A DNA stretch of 64,000 nucleotides, from NCBI GenBank assembly GCA_012728365.1, contig JAAYFE010000072.1, positions 10,784 through 74,783 of the forward strand, written 5' to 3'. This document shows, piece by piece, positions 19,696 through 29,723 of the stretch; the first letter of the stretch is position 1; every line of letters begins with the position of its first letter. The notes beneath the pieces are model-generated. The model was not told the origin of the DNA. It saw only the letters and a program-made list of their open reading frames with translations, and did not search any database. This DNA comes from Tissierellia bacterium (GTDB lineage Bacteria > Bacillota > Clostridia > Tissierellales > Tepidimicrobiaceae). A program made the position numbers and the translations under genes.

Positions 19696-20178
19696 ATGAA
19701 AATAGTAAAGGTAAGAATGGCTGATTTAAAAGCAATTAAGGCTCCTGGTATTCTTACTACCCTTGGATTGGGCTCGTGTGTAGGAATAGCTTTATATGAA
19801 AAAGTTAATAAAGTTGCGGGTCTAGCACATGCTATGCTGCCCTCTTCTAAAGAAATAACTAATAATGAAAATAAAGCAAAATTTGTTGATACTGCAATAG
19901 AATTACTTGTAGAAAAGATGGTAAAAAAGGGTGCAATAGAAAGATATATAGTAGCAAAGGTAGTAGGAGGCTCACAGATGTTTACTTTTAATACAATGAA
20001 CAATGTTTTAAAAATAGGTGAAAGAAATGTGATGGCTACTAAAATGAAGTTAAAAGAAATGGGAATTGAAATTATCTCTGAAGATACTGGAGGGAACTAT
20101 GGACGTACAATAGAGTTAGATTCACAGAATGGTTCTTTATTGGTAAAAACCATTGGTCATGGAACAAAAATAATATAG
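19696..20178 (+). CDS. cheD: Chemoreceptor glutamine deamidase CheD
   Basis: TTLGLGSCVGIALYE carries the catalytic Cys, LAHAMLP is also present, and the protein is 160 aa. Confidence 0.9.
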   Translation: MKIVKVRMADLKAIKAPGILTTLGLGSCVGIALYEKVNKVAGLAHAMLPSSKEITNNENKAKFVDTAIELLVEKMVKKGAIERYIVAKVVGGSQMFTFNTMNNVLKIGERNVMATKMKLKEMGIEIISEDTGGNYGRTIELDSQNGSLLVKTIGHGTKII

Positions 20179-20200
20179 TTCCCTTAAGGAGGTAATTTAT

Positions 20201-20947
20201 ATGAAAAATGAAGAAATTTGGCAAAAGTATGCAAAAACTAAAGACAGGAACTTAAAAGAATTACTTATTGAAAAATACATTTATTTAGTAAAAATTATAG
20301 CTGGTAGAATGTATAATTACTATGGGTCAAAAATCGATTATGATGATTTAGTGGGATTTGGTATTATAGGACTAATAGATAGTATAGATAAATTTGATAT
20401 AAATAAAAACATAAAATTTGAAACTTATGCTCAAATAAGGATTAAAGGTGCAATCATAGATAATATAAGAAAATTAGATTGGATTCCCAGATCTTTAAGG
20501 AAGAAATCAAAAGAAATACAAATTGCATTGCATAATTTAGATAACAAACTTGGTAGAGCCCCTACTAATGAAGAACTTGCGGAATATTTAAATGTTTCAC
20601 TGAAGGAAATAGAAGAAACCCTTGCAGATACAGCAAATTTTAATGTAACAAGCTTAGAAGAACTGTTTATAAATCAGGGTGAATACTATATTGATGATTC
20701 AAAAGGAAAAACTACTCCAGAAAATATTTTTGAAAAAAAGGAGCTTTGTAGAATACTAGGTGACATTATAGATAAATTACCTGATAATCAAAAAACAGTT
20801 ATTGCATTGTACTATTTTGAAGAGTTAACTTACAAAGAAATTGGTAAAATTATGGGTTTATCTGAATCAAGAATTTCACAAATTCATAGTAAAGCTATTC
20901 TAAATATTAAAAATAAACTGATGCAATTTGGTATAAAAGGGTATTAA
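20201..20947 (+). CDS. sigD: Flagellar sigma factor SigD/FliA (sigma-28)
   Basis: Sigma-70 family regions 2 to 4 are present (DYDDLVGFGIIGLIDSIDKFD, LTYKEIGKIMGLSESRISQIHSKAI). It lies at the end of the che block. Confidence 0.9.
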   Translation: MKNEEIWQKYAKTKDRNLKELLIEKYIYLVKIIAGRMYNYYGSKIDYDDLVGFGIIGLIDSIDKFDINKNIKFETYAQIRIKGAIIDNIRKLDWIPRSLRKKSKEIQIALHNLDNKLGRAPTNEELAEYLNVSLKEIEETLADTANFNVTSLEELFINQGEYYIDDSKGKTTPENIFEKKELCRILGDIIDKLPDNQKTVIALYYFEELTYKEIGKIMGLSESRISQIHSKAILNIKNKLMQFGIKGY

Positions 20948-20964
20948 CTTTAAAGGAGGCTAAG

Positions 20965-22341
20965 ATGCAAAAAATAATTGGAAATTTTCTAATAGAAATA
21001 TCTAGTGATGGACTTAAAGCTTATATGACCCTATTAGATAATAATAAAAGCAATGATGATATAAACCAGATAATTGATGAAATAAAAAACATTATTAAAG
21101 TAGGTCTTGATATTGATAAAGTAAAAAGGCTAATTTATGATGGTATAGTAAATGTAAGAACCCTAATTGCTGAAGGAATTAAGCCAATTGATGGAAAAGA
21201 TGGTTATATAAAATATAATTTTGATATCAATAGAAAAGGGGCTCCCAAAATTTTAGAGGATGGATCTGTGGATTATAAAGAACTGGGTATAATTAATAGT
21301 GTAACAATTGGTCAGGTATTAGCTCAAATAATTCCTCCACAAGAAGGTAAACCAGGAAAGAAAGTAACTGGTGAATTAATTCCTTATAGAAAAGGAAAGA
21401 ATGCTAAAATTAATTATGGAAAAAATGTATATCTATCGAAAAATAAAAATGCATTAATAGCTGAAAAAAACGGATTAGTAACTTTCATTAACAATACGTT
21501 AGTAGTTCTAGATATATATGAAGTGGAGAATGTAGACAATAGCGTTGGTAACATATATTTTGATGGCACGGTTATTGTTAGAAAAAATGTATTAAATGGA
21601 TTTAAAGTAATAGCAAAGGGAGATGTACAAGTAAATGGAATAATAGAAGGTGGATATGTAGAAAATACTGGGGATGTTGTTGTTAGACAGGGTATTCAAG
21701 GATACAATAAGCTTGTAGTAAGGTCTTTGGGGAATATAACAACTAGATTCATTGAGAATGCAAAAGTGATTTCAGAAAAGGATGTTTATGCCGAAGTAAT
21801 ATTACATAGTGAAGTATATTGCAAAGGCAGTATCAATATGTACGGTAAAAGAGGATTAATCGTAGGAGGAGTTGTAAGATCTGGAAAAGAAATTTTTGCA
21901 AGGACAGTAGGGTCTATAATGCATACAGCTACAGTACTTGAAGTAGGTGTAGAGCCAAAAATAAAGGATAAATTTGAAGGTATAAAGCATGAGATTAATA
22001 AAAAAAATAATGAAATGAAAAAAATAACAAAAACTTATAAATTACTAGAAAGGCTGAAAAAAGCAAATAAACTAGATAATAAAAAAATTGAATTATACAA
22101 AAAGGTAGAGAAAACTAAAAATGCATTAATGGAAGAGTTAAAAAATTTGACTAGTGAATATATGCAATTAAGAACACAAATTAATAATGTTTCAGAATGT
22201 ATAATAAGGGTTTCAGATATGGTTTATCCAGGAGTAAAAGTTATTATTGGTAACAATTCAATTACTGTAAAAGAAGAATTAAAAGGATGCACTTTTTACA
22301 TCGAAAATGGTGAGATAAAAATAGGCCCTTACCGGGAGTGA
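20965..22341 (+). CDS. FapA/DUF342-family protein (flagellar assembly protein A-like)
   Basis: It is 458 aa with a beta-helix-like repetitive core (GNIYFDGTVIV, GDVQVNG, GDVVVRQG) and a C-terminal coiled coil. This architecture and its position after sigD are typical of FapA-like proteins. Confidence 0.65.
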   Translation: MQKIIGNFLIEISSDGLKAYMTLLDNNKSNDDINQIIDEIKNIIKVGLDIDKVKRLIYDGIVNVRTLIAEGIKPIDGKDGYIKYNFDINRKGAPKILEDGSVDYKELGIINSVTIGQVLAQIIPPQEGKPGKKVTGELIPYRKGKNAKINYGKNVYLSKNKNALIAEKNGLVTFINNTLVVLDIYEVENVDNSVGNIYFDGTVIVRKNVLNGFKVIAKGDVQVNGIIEGGYVENTGDVVVRQGIQGYNKLVVRSLGNITTRFIENAKVISEKDVYAEVILHSEVYCKGSINMYGKRGLIVGGVVRSGKEIFARTVGSIMHTATVLEVGVEPKIKDKFEGIKHEINKKNNEMKKITKTYKLLERLKKANKLDNKKIELYKKVEKTKNALMEELKNLTSEYMQLRTQINNVSECIIRVSDMVYPGVKVIIGNNSITVKEELKGCTFYIENGEIKIGPYRE

Positions 22342-22345
22342 TATT

Positions 22346-22645
22346 ATGTCTATAAAGCCAATTGATTATATTAATGTGATTTCAAAATCTAATGAAGTTT
22401 CTAGAATAAAACATATTGAAAATGAGAAAGTCAATATTCAATTTCAACAAGGCATAATTAATCAAAAAAAGCATATGGAGACAGAGTTAAAGAGGGTGAA
22501 AAGAACTAATAAAAGTCAATACAAAATAGTGGACAAATACAGCAGTAGCAAGGAAAATAATAATAAATATAATAAAAGAAGCAAAGGGAGGAAAAAAGAG
22601 GAAGGACCTACTGATACTGGAACAAAAATAAATATAAAAATATGA
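22346..22645 (+). CDS. Hypothetical small basic protein (99 aa)
   Basis: It has an RBS (GGGAGTG) and is tightly packed after the FapA-like gene. The C-terminus is Lys/Asn-rich. I do not recognise a family. Confidence 0.45.
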   Translation: MSIKPIDYINVISKSNEVSRIKHIENEKVNIQFQQGIINQKKHMETELKRVKRTNKSQYKIVDKYSSSKENNNKYNKRSKGRKKEEGPTDTGTKINIKI

Positions 22646-22651
22646 TATGAG

Positions 22652-23092
22652 GTGATAATTATTACAATCATATTAAATGTACTCGGTATTATATGCATTA
22701 TTACTTCACTTATAGTTATAAGAAAAACAATAAATCAGGAAGAATTTATATATGATGAGATCAAAAGTAAATATGAGGATATTAAAGACTATTATAAATC
22801 TATAAACAATATTATAGACAGCTTTAGCTATCTGGTACAGGAAAGTATAAACAAAATTGAAAACTATAATATACAAAATTTAAGGAAAGATAAAATTAGT
22901 GATTTCAAAATTTATAGCTACCCAAAAAAGGAAATATTAAAGAGAGAACAATATACGGAAAATAACAAAGATACTTTTGAAAAAATTGTTGAATTAAAAA
23001 ATAAAGGAATGACAAGTAAAGATATTGCTAAAAAACTAAATAAAGGTGTTAGGGAAGTGGAAATAATAATAAAAATGCTAGAAAATAATTAA
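22652..23092 (+). CDS. Hypothetical membrane-anchored protein with a C-terminal HTH-like segment
   Basis: A GTG start leads into an N-terminal TM helix (IIITIILNVLGIICIITSLIVI). The C-terminal EKIVELKNKGMTSKDIAKKLNKGVREVEIIIKML looks like a helix-turn-helix. It is the last ORF of the fla/che block. Confidence 0.45.
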   Translation: MIIITIILNVLGIICIITSLIVIRKTINQEEFIYDEIKSKYEDIKDYYKSINNIIDSFSYLVQESINKIENYNIQNLRKDKISDFKIYSYPKKEILKREQYTENNKDTFEKIVELKNKGMTSKDIAKKLNKGVREVEIIIKMLENN

Positions 23093-23110
23093 TATAATTT
23101 TTATAAATTA

Positions 23111-23139
23111 TTGAATAAAATAATATATTGTGTTATACT
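23111..23139 (+). promoter_or_regulatory. Sigma-A-type promoter upstream of rpsB
   Basis: TTGAAT (23111-23116) is followed by a 17-nt spacer and TATACT (23134-23139), with TGT immediately upstream as an extended -10. It lies about 105 nt before the rpsB ATG. Confidence 0.5.
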
Positions 23140-23244
23140 ACTAGAGTGATTACGCACATATTCTGATATTTAAAGGTGTGCCCTAGTGGTTCTTTAAATA
23201 GATGAGGAATATGGAGGAATAAAACATTGGAGGTGAATTTTTTT

Positions 23245-23976
23245 ATGTCAGTAGTTACAATGAAATCTTTATTAGAAGCTGGAGTACATTTTGGCCATCA
23301 AACTAGAAGATGGAATCCTAAAATGGCCCAGTATATTTTTACTGAGAGAAATGGTATTTACATTATTGACTTGCAAAAAACTGTTAAACTTGTTGATGAA
23401 GCTTATGACTTTGTAAAAAATTTAGTTGCAAATGGTGGAGAGATACTTTTTGTTGGCACTAAAAAACAAGCACAAGAGGCAATAGAATCTGAAGCTAAAA
23501 GATGTGGTATGCATTATGTAAATCAAAGATGGCTAGGTGGTATGTTAACAAACTATAAAACAATTAGAAAAAGAATTGATAGACTTCATGAGCTAGAAAA
23601 AATGGAAGAGGATGGAGTTTTTGAAATATTGCCTAAAAAAGAAGTTATAAAACTTAAGCATGAAAGAGAAAGATTAGAGAAATTCTTAGGTGGAATAAAA
23701 AATATGAATAAGCTTCCAGATGCCTTGTTTGTAGTGGATCCAAGAAAGGAAAAGATAGCAGTAAGTGAAGCAAGAATACTAGGTATTCCTGTAGTTGCTA
23801 TTGTGGATACTAACTGTGACCCAGATGAAATAGACTATGTAATACCTGGAAATGATGATGCAATTAGAGCTGTGAAATTATTAACTGAAACTATTGCTAA
23901 TGCTGTATTAGAAGGCAAACAAGGTGAACAATTTGAAGATACAGCTGAAAATAAGGAAGTAATAGAAGAAGAATAA
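23245..23976 (+). CDS. rpsB: 30S ribosomal protein S2
   Basis: [27 protein letters not shown] is the canonical S2 N-terminus. GGAGGTG precedes ATG 23245. Confidence 0.97.
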   Translation: MSVVTMKSLLEAGVHFGHQTRRWNPKMAQYIFTERNGIYIIDLQKTVKLVDEAYDFVKNLVANGGEILFVGTKKQAQEAIESEAKRCGMHYVNQRWLGGMLTNYKTIRKRIDRLHELEKMEEDGVFEILPKKEVIKLKHERERLEKFLGGIKNMNKLPDALFVVDPRKEKIAVSEARILGIPVVAIVDTNCDPDEIDYVIPGNDDAIRAVKLLTETIANAVLEGKQGEQFEDTAENKEVIEEE

Positions 23977-23983
23977 TAAACAA

Positions 23984-24028
23984 GGTAAGGGTTTAAGGAG
24001 CTAGCTCTTTTTACTCTTACCATTTTTT
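23984..24028 (+). terminator. Hairpin plus T-tract between rpsB and tsf (probable partial terminator or attenuator)
   Basis: GGTAAGGGT (23984-23992) pairs with ACTCTTACC (24013-24021) with one mismatch. An inner GAGCTAGCTC palindrome is present, and ATTTTTT follows. Confidence 0.5.
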
Positions 24029-24048
24029 AACAATATAGGAGGGATAAA

Positions 24049-24699
24049 ATGAGTATAAGTGCACAACAAGTTAAAGAACTTAGAGAAAAAACTGGAGCAG
24101 GTGTTCTTGATTGTAAAAATGCCCTTGTTGAAGCAGAGGGGGATATAGAAAAAGCAATTGTTATTTTAAGGGAAAAAGGCTTATCACAAGCAGCTAAGAA
24201 ATCTGGCAGAATTGCTGCAGAAGGTATAGTAGATTCATATATACATGCTGGCGGAAGAATAGGTGTACTTATTGAAGTAAATTCAGAAACAGACTTTGTA
24301 GCAAAAAATCAAGAATTCCAAGAGTTTGTTAGAAATATGGCTATGCAGGTAGCTGCAGCAAATCCAAAATATATATCTAAAGAGGACGTACCAGTTGAAG
24401 AAGTTGAAAAAGAAAAGGAAATACTTAAACAACAGGTTATAAATGAAGGAAAGCCAGAACATATAGCTGAAAAAATAGTTGAAGGAAGATTAGAAAAGTT
24501 TTTTGAAGAGATATGCTTATTAGAGCAACCTTATATCAGAGAACCAAAGATGAAAGTAAAAGACCTATTAAATGAAAAAATAGCTAAAATAGGTGAAAAT
24601 ATTAAGATAAGAAGATTTGCCAGATTTGAAGTTGGAGAAGGTATTGAAAAGAGAGAAGAAAATTTTGCTGAAGAAGTTGCTAAACAAATGAAACAGTAA
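24049..24699 (+). CDS. tsf: Elongation factor Ts (short, about 216 aa form)
   Basis: The UBA-like N-terminus is [19 protein letters not shown], and [10 protein letters not shown] is also present. Confidence 0.95.
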   Translation: MSISAQQVKELREKTGAGVLDCKNALVEAEGDIEKAIVILREKGLSQAAKKSGRIAAEGIVDSYIHAGGRIGVLIEVNSETDFVAKNQEFQEFVRNMAMQVAAANPKYISKEDVPVEEVEKEKEILKQQVINEGKPEHIAEKIVEGRLEKFFEEICLLEQPYIREPKMKVKDLLNEKIAKIGENIKIRRFARFEVGEGIEKREENFAEEVAKQMKQ

Positions 24700-24704
24700 T
24701 ATAA

Positions 24705-24730
24705 TGGAGAACACTAGTTGTTCTCCATTT
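24705..24730 (+). terminator. Hairpin after tsf (weak intrinsic terminator)
   Basis: TGGAGAACA (24705-24713) pairs with TGTTCTCCA (24719-24727). Only TTT follows. Confidence 0.45.
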
Positions 24731-24765
24731 GAGTACAATTTTAGAGATTATTGAGGAGGATTCTT

Positions 24766-25482
24766 ATGGCGGAACCTATTTATGAAAGAGTTGTACTAAA
24801 ATTAAGTGGAGAAGCCCTATCAGGAGACATGGGTTATGGAATTGATATCAATACTTTATATAAAATAGCTGAACAAGTAAAGAAATTACATTCCCTTAAT
24901 GTAGAGGTAGCAATTGTAGTAGGTGGAGGGAATTTCTGGAGAGGTAGGGATGCTAAAAAAATAGATAGGACAACTTCAGATTACATGGGGATGTTAGGAA
25001 CGGTAATAAATGCCCTTGCATTGCAGGATTCATTAGAGAAAATTGGAGTTACTACAAGAGTACAAACTGCCATAGAAATGAGACAGGTTGCTGAACCTTA
25101 TATTAGAAGAAGGGCTATTAGACATTTGGAAAAAGGCAGAGTTGTAATTTTTGCAGCAGGTTCCGGGAATCCCTATTTTTCAACAGATACCACTGCGGCA
25201 TTAAGGGCAGCTGAAATTGAAGCAGATGTAATATTATTAGCTAAAAAAGGTGTAGATGGAGTATATGACTCTGATCCACATATAAATTCATCTGCTAAAA
25301 AGTTTGATAGTCTAAAATACATAGATATATTAAATATGGGATTGGGCGTTATGGACTCTACTGCAACTTCCTTATGTATGGACAATAAAATACCACTAAT
25401 TGTTTTTGGCATTGATGAGCCAAGCAATATAGTAGAAGTGGTATTGGGTAAAAAAATAGGAACTTATGTAAAGGAGGGATAA
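24766..25482 (+). CDS. pyrH: UMP kinase
   Basis: [23 protein letters not shown] and [15 protein letters not shown] are present. GAGGAGG precedes ATG 24766. Confidence 0.95.
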   Translation: MAEPIYERVVLKLSGEALSGDMGYGIDINTLYKIAEQVKKLHSLNVEVAIVVGGGNFWRGRDAKKIDRTTSDYMGMLGTVINALALQDSLEKIGVTTRVQTAIEMRQVAEPYIRRRAIRHLEKGRVVIFAAGSGNPYFSTDTTAALRAAEIEADVILLAKKGVDGVYDSDPHINSSAKKFDSLKYIDILNMGLGVMDSTATSLCMDNKIPLIVFGIDEPSNIVEVVLGKKIGTYVKEG

Positions 25483-25484
25483 TT

Positions 25485-26042
25485 ATGTATTTAGACATTC
25501 ACAAGGAATCTGAAGAAAAGATGAAAAAGACAATTGAAGTTTTTAAAGAAGAGTTAAAGAGTATTAGAGCTGGAAGAGCAAATCCTGCCTTATTAGATCA
25601 GATTTCTGTTGATTATTATGGAACTAGAACTCCTCTAAAACAACTTGCCAGTGTTACTGCCCCAGAACCAAGACTTTTGGTTGTCCAACCTTGGGATGTT
25701 AATCTAATTCCAACTATTGAAAAGGAAATTCTTAAATCAGATTTAGGCTTAAATCCTTCTAATGATGGTAAGGTTATTAGGTTACCTATCCCATTATTAA
25801 CAGAAGAGAGAAGAAAAGAACTAGTTAAATTAGTAAAGAAAAGTTGTGAAAATGCAAAGATTTCAATAAGAAACATTAGAAGAGAAACTATAGATGTTAT
25901 TAAGAAGATGGAAAAGAATAAAGAGTTAAGTGAAGATGATAGAATAGCTGCAGAAAATGAAACACAAAAGATTACTGACAAGTATATTGAAATGATTGAT
26001 GAATTAACCAAGAAAAAAGAGGAAGAATTACTGGAAGTATAA
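25485..26042 (+). CDS. frr: Ribosome recycling factor
   Basis: It is 185 aa with [15 protein letters not shown] and [13 protein letters not shown]. Confidence 0.95.
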   Translation: MYLDIHKESEEKMKKTIEVFKEELKSIRAGRANPALLDQISVDYYGTRTPLKQLASVTAPEPRLLVVQPWDVNLIPTIEKEILKSDLGLNPSNDGKVIRLPIPLLTEERRKELVKLVKKSCENAKISIRNIRRETIDVIKKMEKNKELSEDDRIAAENETQKITDKYIEMIDELTKKKEEELLEV

Positions 26043-26073
26043 AAATTCCCCTTCTAGCGTAGGAGGGGAATTT
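26043..26073 (+). terminator. 10-bp hairpin after frr (no strong U-tract)
   Basis: AAATTCCCCT (26043-26052) pairs perfectly with AGGGGAATTT (26064-26073) around an 11-nt loop. Confidence 0.35.
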
Positions 26074-26093
26074 AACAATAGGAGGAATATTTT

Positions 26094-26837
26094 ATGAATA
26101 GAAATGAGATTTTAGAGTTAAAAAATAAAATAGATACGAATAGGATACCTAAGCATATTGGTATTATTATGGATGGAAATGGTAGATGGGCAAAAAAGAG
26201 GGGGCTTCCCAGAACTGCCGGTCATAAAGAAGGAGTAAAAAGAGTAACAGAAATTGTTGAAGCTGCCTATAATCTTAATGTAAAATACCTTTCACTTTAT
26301 GCATTTTCTACAGAGAATTGGAAAAGACCAAAAAGTGAAATAGAAGCCTTAATGAAATTATTAATTCAATATATAAATAAGGAGATAGAAAGAATTCACA
26401 AAAATAACATAAAAGTACAAACTATGGGAGATCTGTCAAAACTGCCATCTGCTGTAATAAAAGAAATTAACAGAGCCGTTGAACTTACAAAAAACAATAC
26501 AGAAATGGTTTTAAATATAGGACTTAACTATGGAGGAAGAGATGAAATTATAAGGGCTGTGAAGAATATTTTAGATGATTTTAAATTGGGTAAAATAACA
26601 AAAGAAGATATCAATGAAGAAAGTTTTACAGGCTATCTTTATACAAAGAATATGCCTGATCTTGATTTGTTAATAAGACCTAGTGGGGAATTAAGGCTTA
26701 GCAATTTTATGTTATATCAAGTTGCTTATACAGAATTCTGGTTTTCAGATATATTTTGGCCAGATTTCAAAGAACAACATTTATACCAAGCTATTATTGA
26801 TTATCAAAAAAGAGACAGAAGATTTGGGGGAGTTTAG
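26094..26837 (+). CDS. uppS: Undecaprenyl diphosphate synthase
   Basis: HIGIIMDGNGRWAK, FSTENWKRP and IRPSGELRLSNFMLYQ are present. Confidence 0.95.
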   Translation: MNRNEILELKNKIDTNRIPKHIGIIMDGNGRWAKKRGLPRTAGHKEGVKRVTEIVEAAYNLNVKYLSLYAFSTENWKRPKSEIEALMKLLIQYINKEIERIHKNNIKVQTMGDLSKLPSAVIKEINRAVELTKNNTEMVLNIGLNYGGRDEIIRAVKNILDDFKLGKITKEDINEESFTGYLYTKNMPDLDLLIRPSGELRLSNFMLYQVAYTEFWFSDIFWPDFKEQHLYQAIIDYQKRDRRFGGV

Positions 26838-27614
26838 GTGAAGTCATTACTAATAAGATCTATAAGCGGTTTAACATTGGTTGTATTGACTATTATTGCA
26901 ATTAAATTAGGAAATATATATTTATATGGATATGTATTTTTGCTATCATTAATAGGAATAAGTGAATTTTATGATGCTGTAAAGAATTTAAATTTAAAGC
27001 CTATAAAAATAGTTGGCTATTTTAGCTGTGTGGCCTTCTTATTAAATTCACTAGGTGTTAAATGGGCTCAGGCTTCCAATATATTTGTTTTTGTATTAAT
27101 TTTTCTTTTTATATACTATTTTCTTAATAAGAAAGTAAAAATTTCTGATGTGGTTACAACTTTTTTTAGTATTTTTTACATACCTTTTTTGTTCCAACAT
27201 ATTATATATTTAAGTGATGGAATTTATATATGGTTAGTTTTTATAATTGCATGGGGTACTGATACTTTTGCATATGTTTTTGGAATGTTATTTGGAAAGC
27301 ATAAATTATGTCCAAATTTAAGTCCTAAAAAAACTATTGAAGGTTCTGTTGGAGGAATAATTGGAGCTATTGCTTTAACATATTTTTATACAAAATATTT
27401 AGAAATGGACTTCCATTGGGTATTTTTATCAATAGCTTTCTTTGGTTCTATTATATCTCAAATTGGAGACTTAACAGCTTCTAAAATAAAGAGGGTTACT
27501 GGAATTAAAGATTTTGGCTCCATAATGCCTGGCCATGGAGGTGTGTTAGATAGGTTTGACAGTATATTGTTTATAGCTCCTTATACATATTATGTAATTA
27601 ACTTTTTCTTATAG
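26838..27614 (+). CDS. cdsA: Phosphatidate cytidylyltransferase
   Basis: This polytopic membrane protein carries the CdsA signature SPKKTIEGSVGG...GDLTASKIKR...KDFGSIMPGHGGVLDRFDS. The start is GTG. Confidence 0.92.
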   Translation: MKSLLIRSISGLTLVVLTIIAIKLGNIYLYGYVFLLSLIGISEFYDAVKNLNLKPIKIVGYFSCVAFLLNSLGVKWAQASNIFVFVLIFLFIYYFLNKKVKISDVVTTFFSIFYIPFLFQHIIYLSDGIYIWLVFIIAWGTDTFAYVFGMLFGKHKLCPNLSPKKTIEGSVGGIIGAIALTYFYTKYLEMDFHWVFLSIAFFGSIISQIGDLTASKIKRVTGIKDFGSIMPGHGGVLDRFDSILFIAPYTYYVINFFL

Positions 27615-27636
27615 TATAGATTGGAGTGTGGTTTAA

Positions 27637-28653
27637 ATGGTTACTGCAGTGGCTGCAATTTTTGTTTTTTTAATGGTAATTTTATTCCATGAGTTTGGGC
27701 ATTTTATTGCTGCAAAGTCTGTTGGAATTAAAGTTAATGAATTTTCAATTGGCATGGGACCAAAAGTGTTTCAAAAGAAACAAGGTGAAACTAAATATAG
27801 TCTAAGGTTATTGCCAATAGGTGGCTATGTTAGCATGGAAGGAGAGGACCAAAAAAGCGATGATCCAAGAAGCTTTAATAAAGCTTCACCTTGGGCTAGA
27901 ATTGTAACAGTTTCTGCTGGTGCAATTATGAATTTTATATTAGCTGTAATTGTACTAATAGTAGTTTCCTTTAATGTTGGAAGCCCAACGACAACTGTGG
28001 AAGAGACTATTAAAAATTCTCCAGCAGAAAGGGCAGGAATATTAAGTGGAGATATTATTAAGAGTATTAATGGTATAGAAGTAAAAGATTGGAACACTAT
28101 CGTTAATGAAATTAGTAGCTCAAGTACAGATGAAGAAATAACTATAGGTGTTACAAGAAATGGACAAAATATAAATTATTCAATAAAACCAACTGTAAGC
28201 AAAGAGGATAATAGGGTAGTTATTGGCATAACACCTAAGTATGAAAAATCCATTTCAGCAGCTATTGCTGGTGGTTTTAAGGAAACTGGACGTATGTTTA
28301 AAGCAATGTTTGATTTTATTACAATGCTCTTTAAAGGTCAGGTTGGTGCAAAAGATTTGTCTGGACCAGTTGGAGTTATTTATACTATTGGTGAGGCTAC
28401 AAAATATGGAATTAACAACCTTTTATATCTATTAGGCTTTATAAGTGTAAATCTAGGTGTATTTAATCTGTTTCCATTGCCAGCACTAGATGGAAGCAGG
28501 ATAGTATTTATTTTGATTGAATTAATTAGAGGGAAACCAATAAATCCGGAAAAAGAAGGATATGTTCATTTTATAGGATTTATACTTTTAATGCTACTGA
28601 TGATGGTAGTAACTTACGTAGATATAAATAGATTTAACATATTTGGTAGGTGA
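27637..28653 (+). CDS. rseP: RIP site-2 zinc metalloprotease RseP/RasP
   Basis: HEFGHF is in the first TM segment, one PDZ domain is present (PAERAGILSGDIIKSING), and the C-terminal motif is NLFPLPALDG. Confidence 0.92.
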   Translation: MVTAVAAIFVFLMVILFHEFGHFIAAKSVGIKVNEFSIGMGPKVFQKKQGETKYSLRLLPIGGYVSMEGEDQKSDDPRSFNKASPWARIVTVSAGAIMNFILAVIVLIVVSFNVGSPTTTVEETIKNSPAERAGILSGDIIKSINGIEVKDWNTIVNEISSSSTDEEITIGVTRNGQNINYSIKPTVSKEDNRVVIGITPKYEKSISAAIAGGFKETGRMFKAMFDFITMLFKGQVGAKDLSGPVGVIYTIGEATKYGINNLLYLLGFISVNLGVFNLFPLPALDGSRIVFILIELIRGKPINPEKEGYVHFIGFILLMLLMMVVTYVDINRFNIFGR

Positions 28654-28657
28654 TAAT

Positions 28658-29707
28658 ATGAAGAGAAGAAAAACTAGAATAATAATGGTTGGAAATGTGC
28701 CTGTAGGGGGGAATAGCCCTATTACAGTTCAATCTATGACAAATACAATTACTAAAGATATAGAATCTACAGTGAAGCAAATTAAAGAATTAGAAGATGC
28801 AGGCTGCCATATAGTAAGGGCTGCTATAACAGACTTTGAAGATGCAAAGGCTATTAGAGAAATAAAAGAGAGAATAAAGATTCCTTTTATTGCAGATATT
28901 CAATTTGATTATAAATTAGCAATTGCAGCTGTTGAAAATGGTGCTGATTGCCTCAGAATAAATCCAGGCAATATAGGATCTAAAGAAAAAGTAAAAGAAG
29001 TAGTAAAGTGCTTAAAGGAAAGAAAAGTGCCTATTAGAATAGGTGTGAATTCTGGTTCAATCAAGAAGGAATTTTTGGAAAAGTATAATGGGGTAAATGC
29101 TAATTCAATGGTATATAGCGCTTTAGAGCAGATTAGGCTATTAGAGGATATGAACTATGAAGAGATAAAGGTATCTTTAAAAGCAAGTAATGTAAGATTG
29201 ACTATTGAAGCCTATGAAAAAATATCTGAAATTATAGATTATCCATTGCATCTAGGTGTTACAGAAGCCGGACCTGTCTGGAGAGGAACTATAAAATCTA
29301 GTGTAGGAATTGGAACCCTATTAGCTAAAGGTATAGGAGATACTATTAGGATTTCTTTAACTGGAAATCCAGTGGAAGAAGTAAAGGTAGGAAGGGAAAT
29401 TCTTAGGTCTTTAGGTTTATTGAATGAAGGGATTGAGATAATCTCTTGTCCAACCTGTGGAAGAACCAAAATTAAATTGGTTAAGATGGTTGAGGAAGTG
29501 GAAGAAAAATTAAAAAATATTAATAAGCCTTTAAAGGTTGCTATTATGGGATGTTCAGTAAATGGCCCAGGGGAAGCAAGAGAAGCGGATATAGGCATTG
29601 CAGGTGGACAAGGAGAAGGCTTAATATTTAAAAAAGGAAAAATAATTAAGAAGGTTAAGGAAGAATATTTAATTGATGAGCTGATAAAAGAAATAGAAAG
29701 TATTTAA
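28658..29707 (+). CDS. ispG: 4-hydroxy-3-methylbut-2-enyl diphosphate synthase (MEP pathway)
   Basis: PITVQSMTNT, LRINPGNIG, and CPTCGRT with GCSVNGPGEA (the Fe-S Cys ligands) are present. Confidence 0.95.
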   Translation: MKRRKTRIIMVGNVPVGGNSPITVQSMTNTITKDIESTVKQIKELEDAGCHIVRAAITDFEDAKAIREIKERIKIPFIADIQFDYKLAIAAVENGADCLRINPGNIGSKEKVKEVVKCLKERKVPIRIGVNSGSIKKEFLEKYNGVNANSMVYSALEQIRLLEDMNYEEIKVSLKASNVRLTIEAYEKISEIIDYPLHLGVTEAGPVWRGTIKSSVGIGTLLAKGIGDTIRISLTGNPVEEVKVGREILRSLGLLNEGIEIISCPTCGRTKIKLVKMVEEVEEKLKNINKPLKVAIMGCSVNGPGEAREADIGIAGGQGEGLIFKKGKIIKKVKEEYLIDELIKEIESI

Positions 29708-29723
29708 TTTAGAGGTGTTTGAA

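Noticed and set aside
23140-23244. An rpsB leader as an S2 autoregulatory structure.
   Set aside because: Short complementary segments are visible (for example GGTGTGCC with nearby GGTTC stretches), but I could not define a convincing stem manually. The known S2 leader is described for gamma-proteobacteria. It is left as an untested possibility only.
28241-28435. A 64-aa + strand ORF in an alternative frame inside rseP.
   Set aside because: It overlaps a conserved part of rseP, has no RBS and has no recognisable motif. It is a chance open frame.
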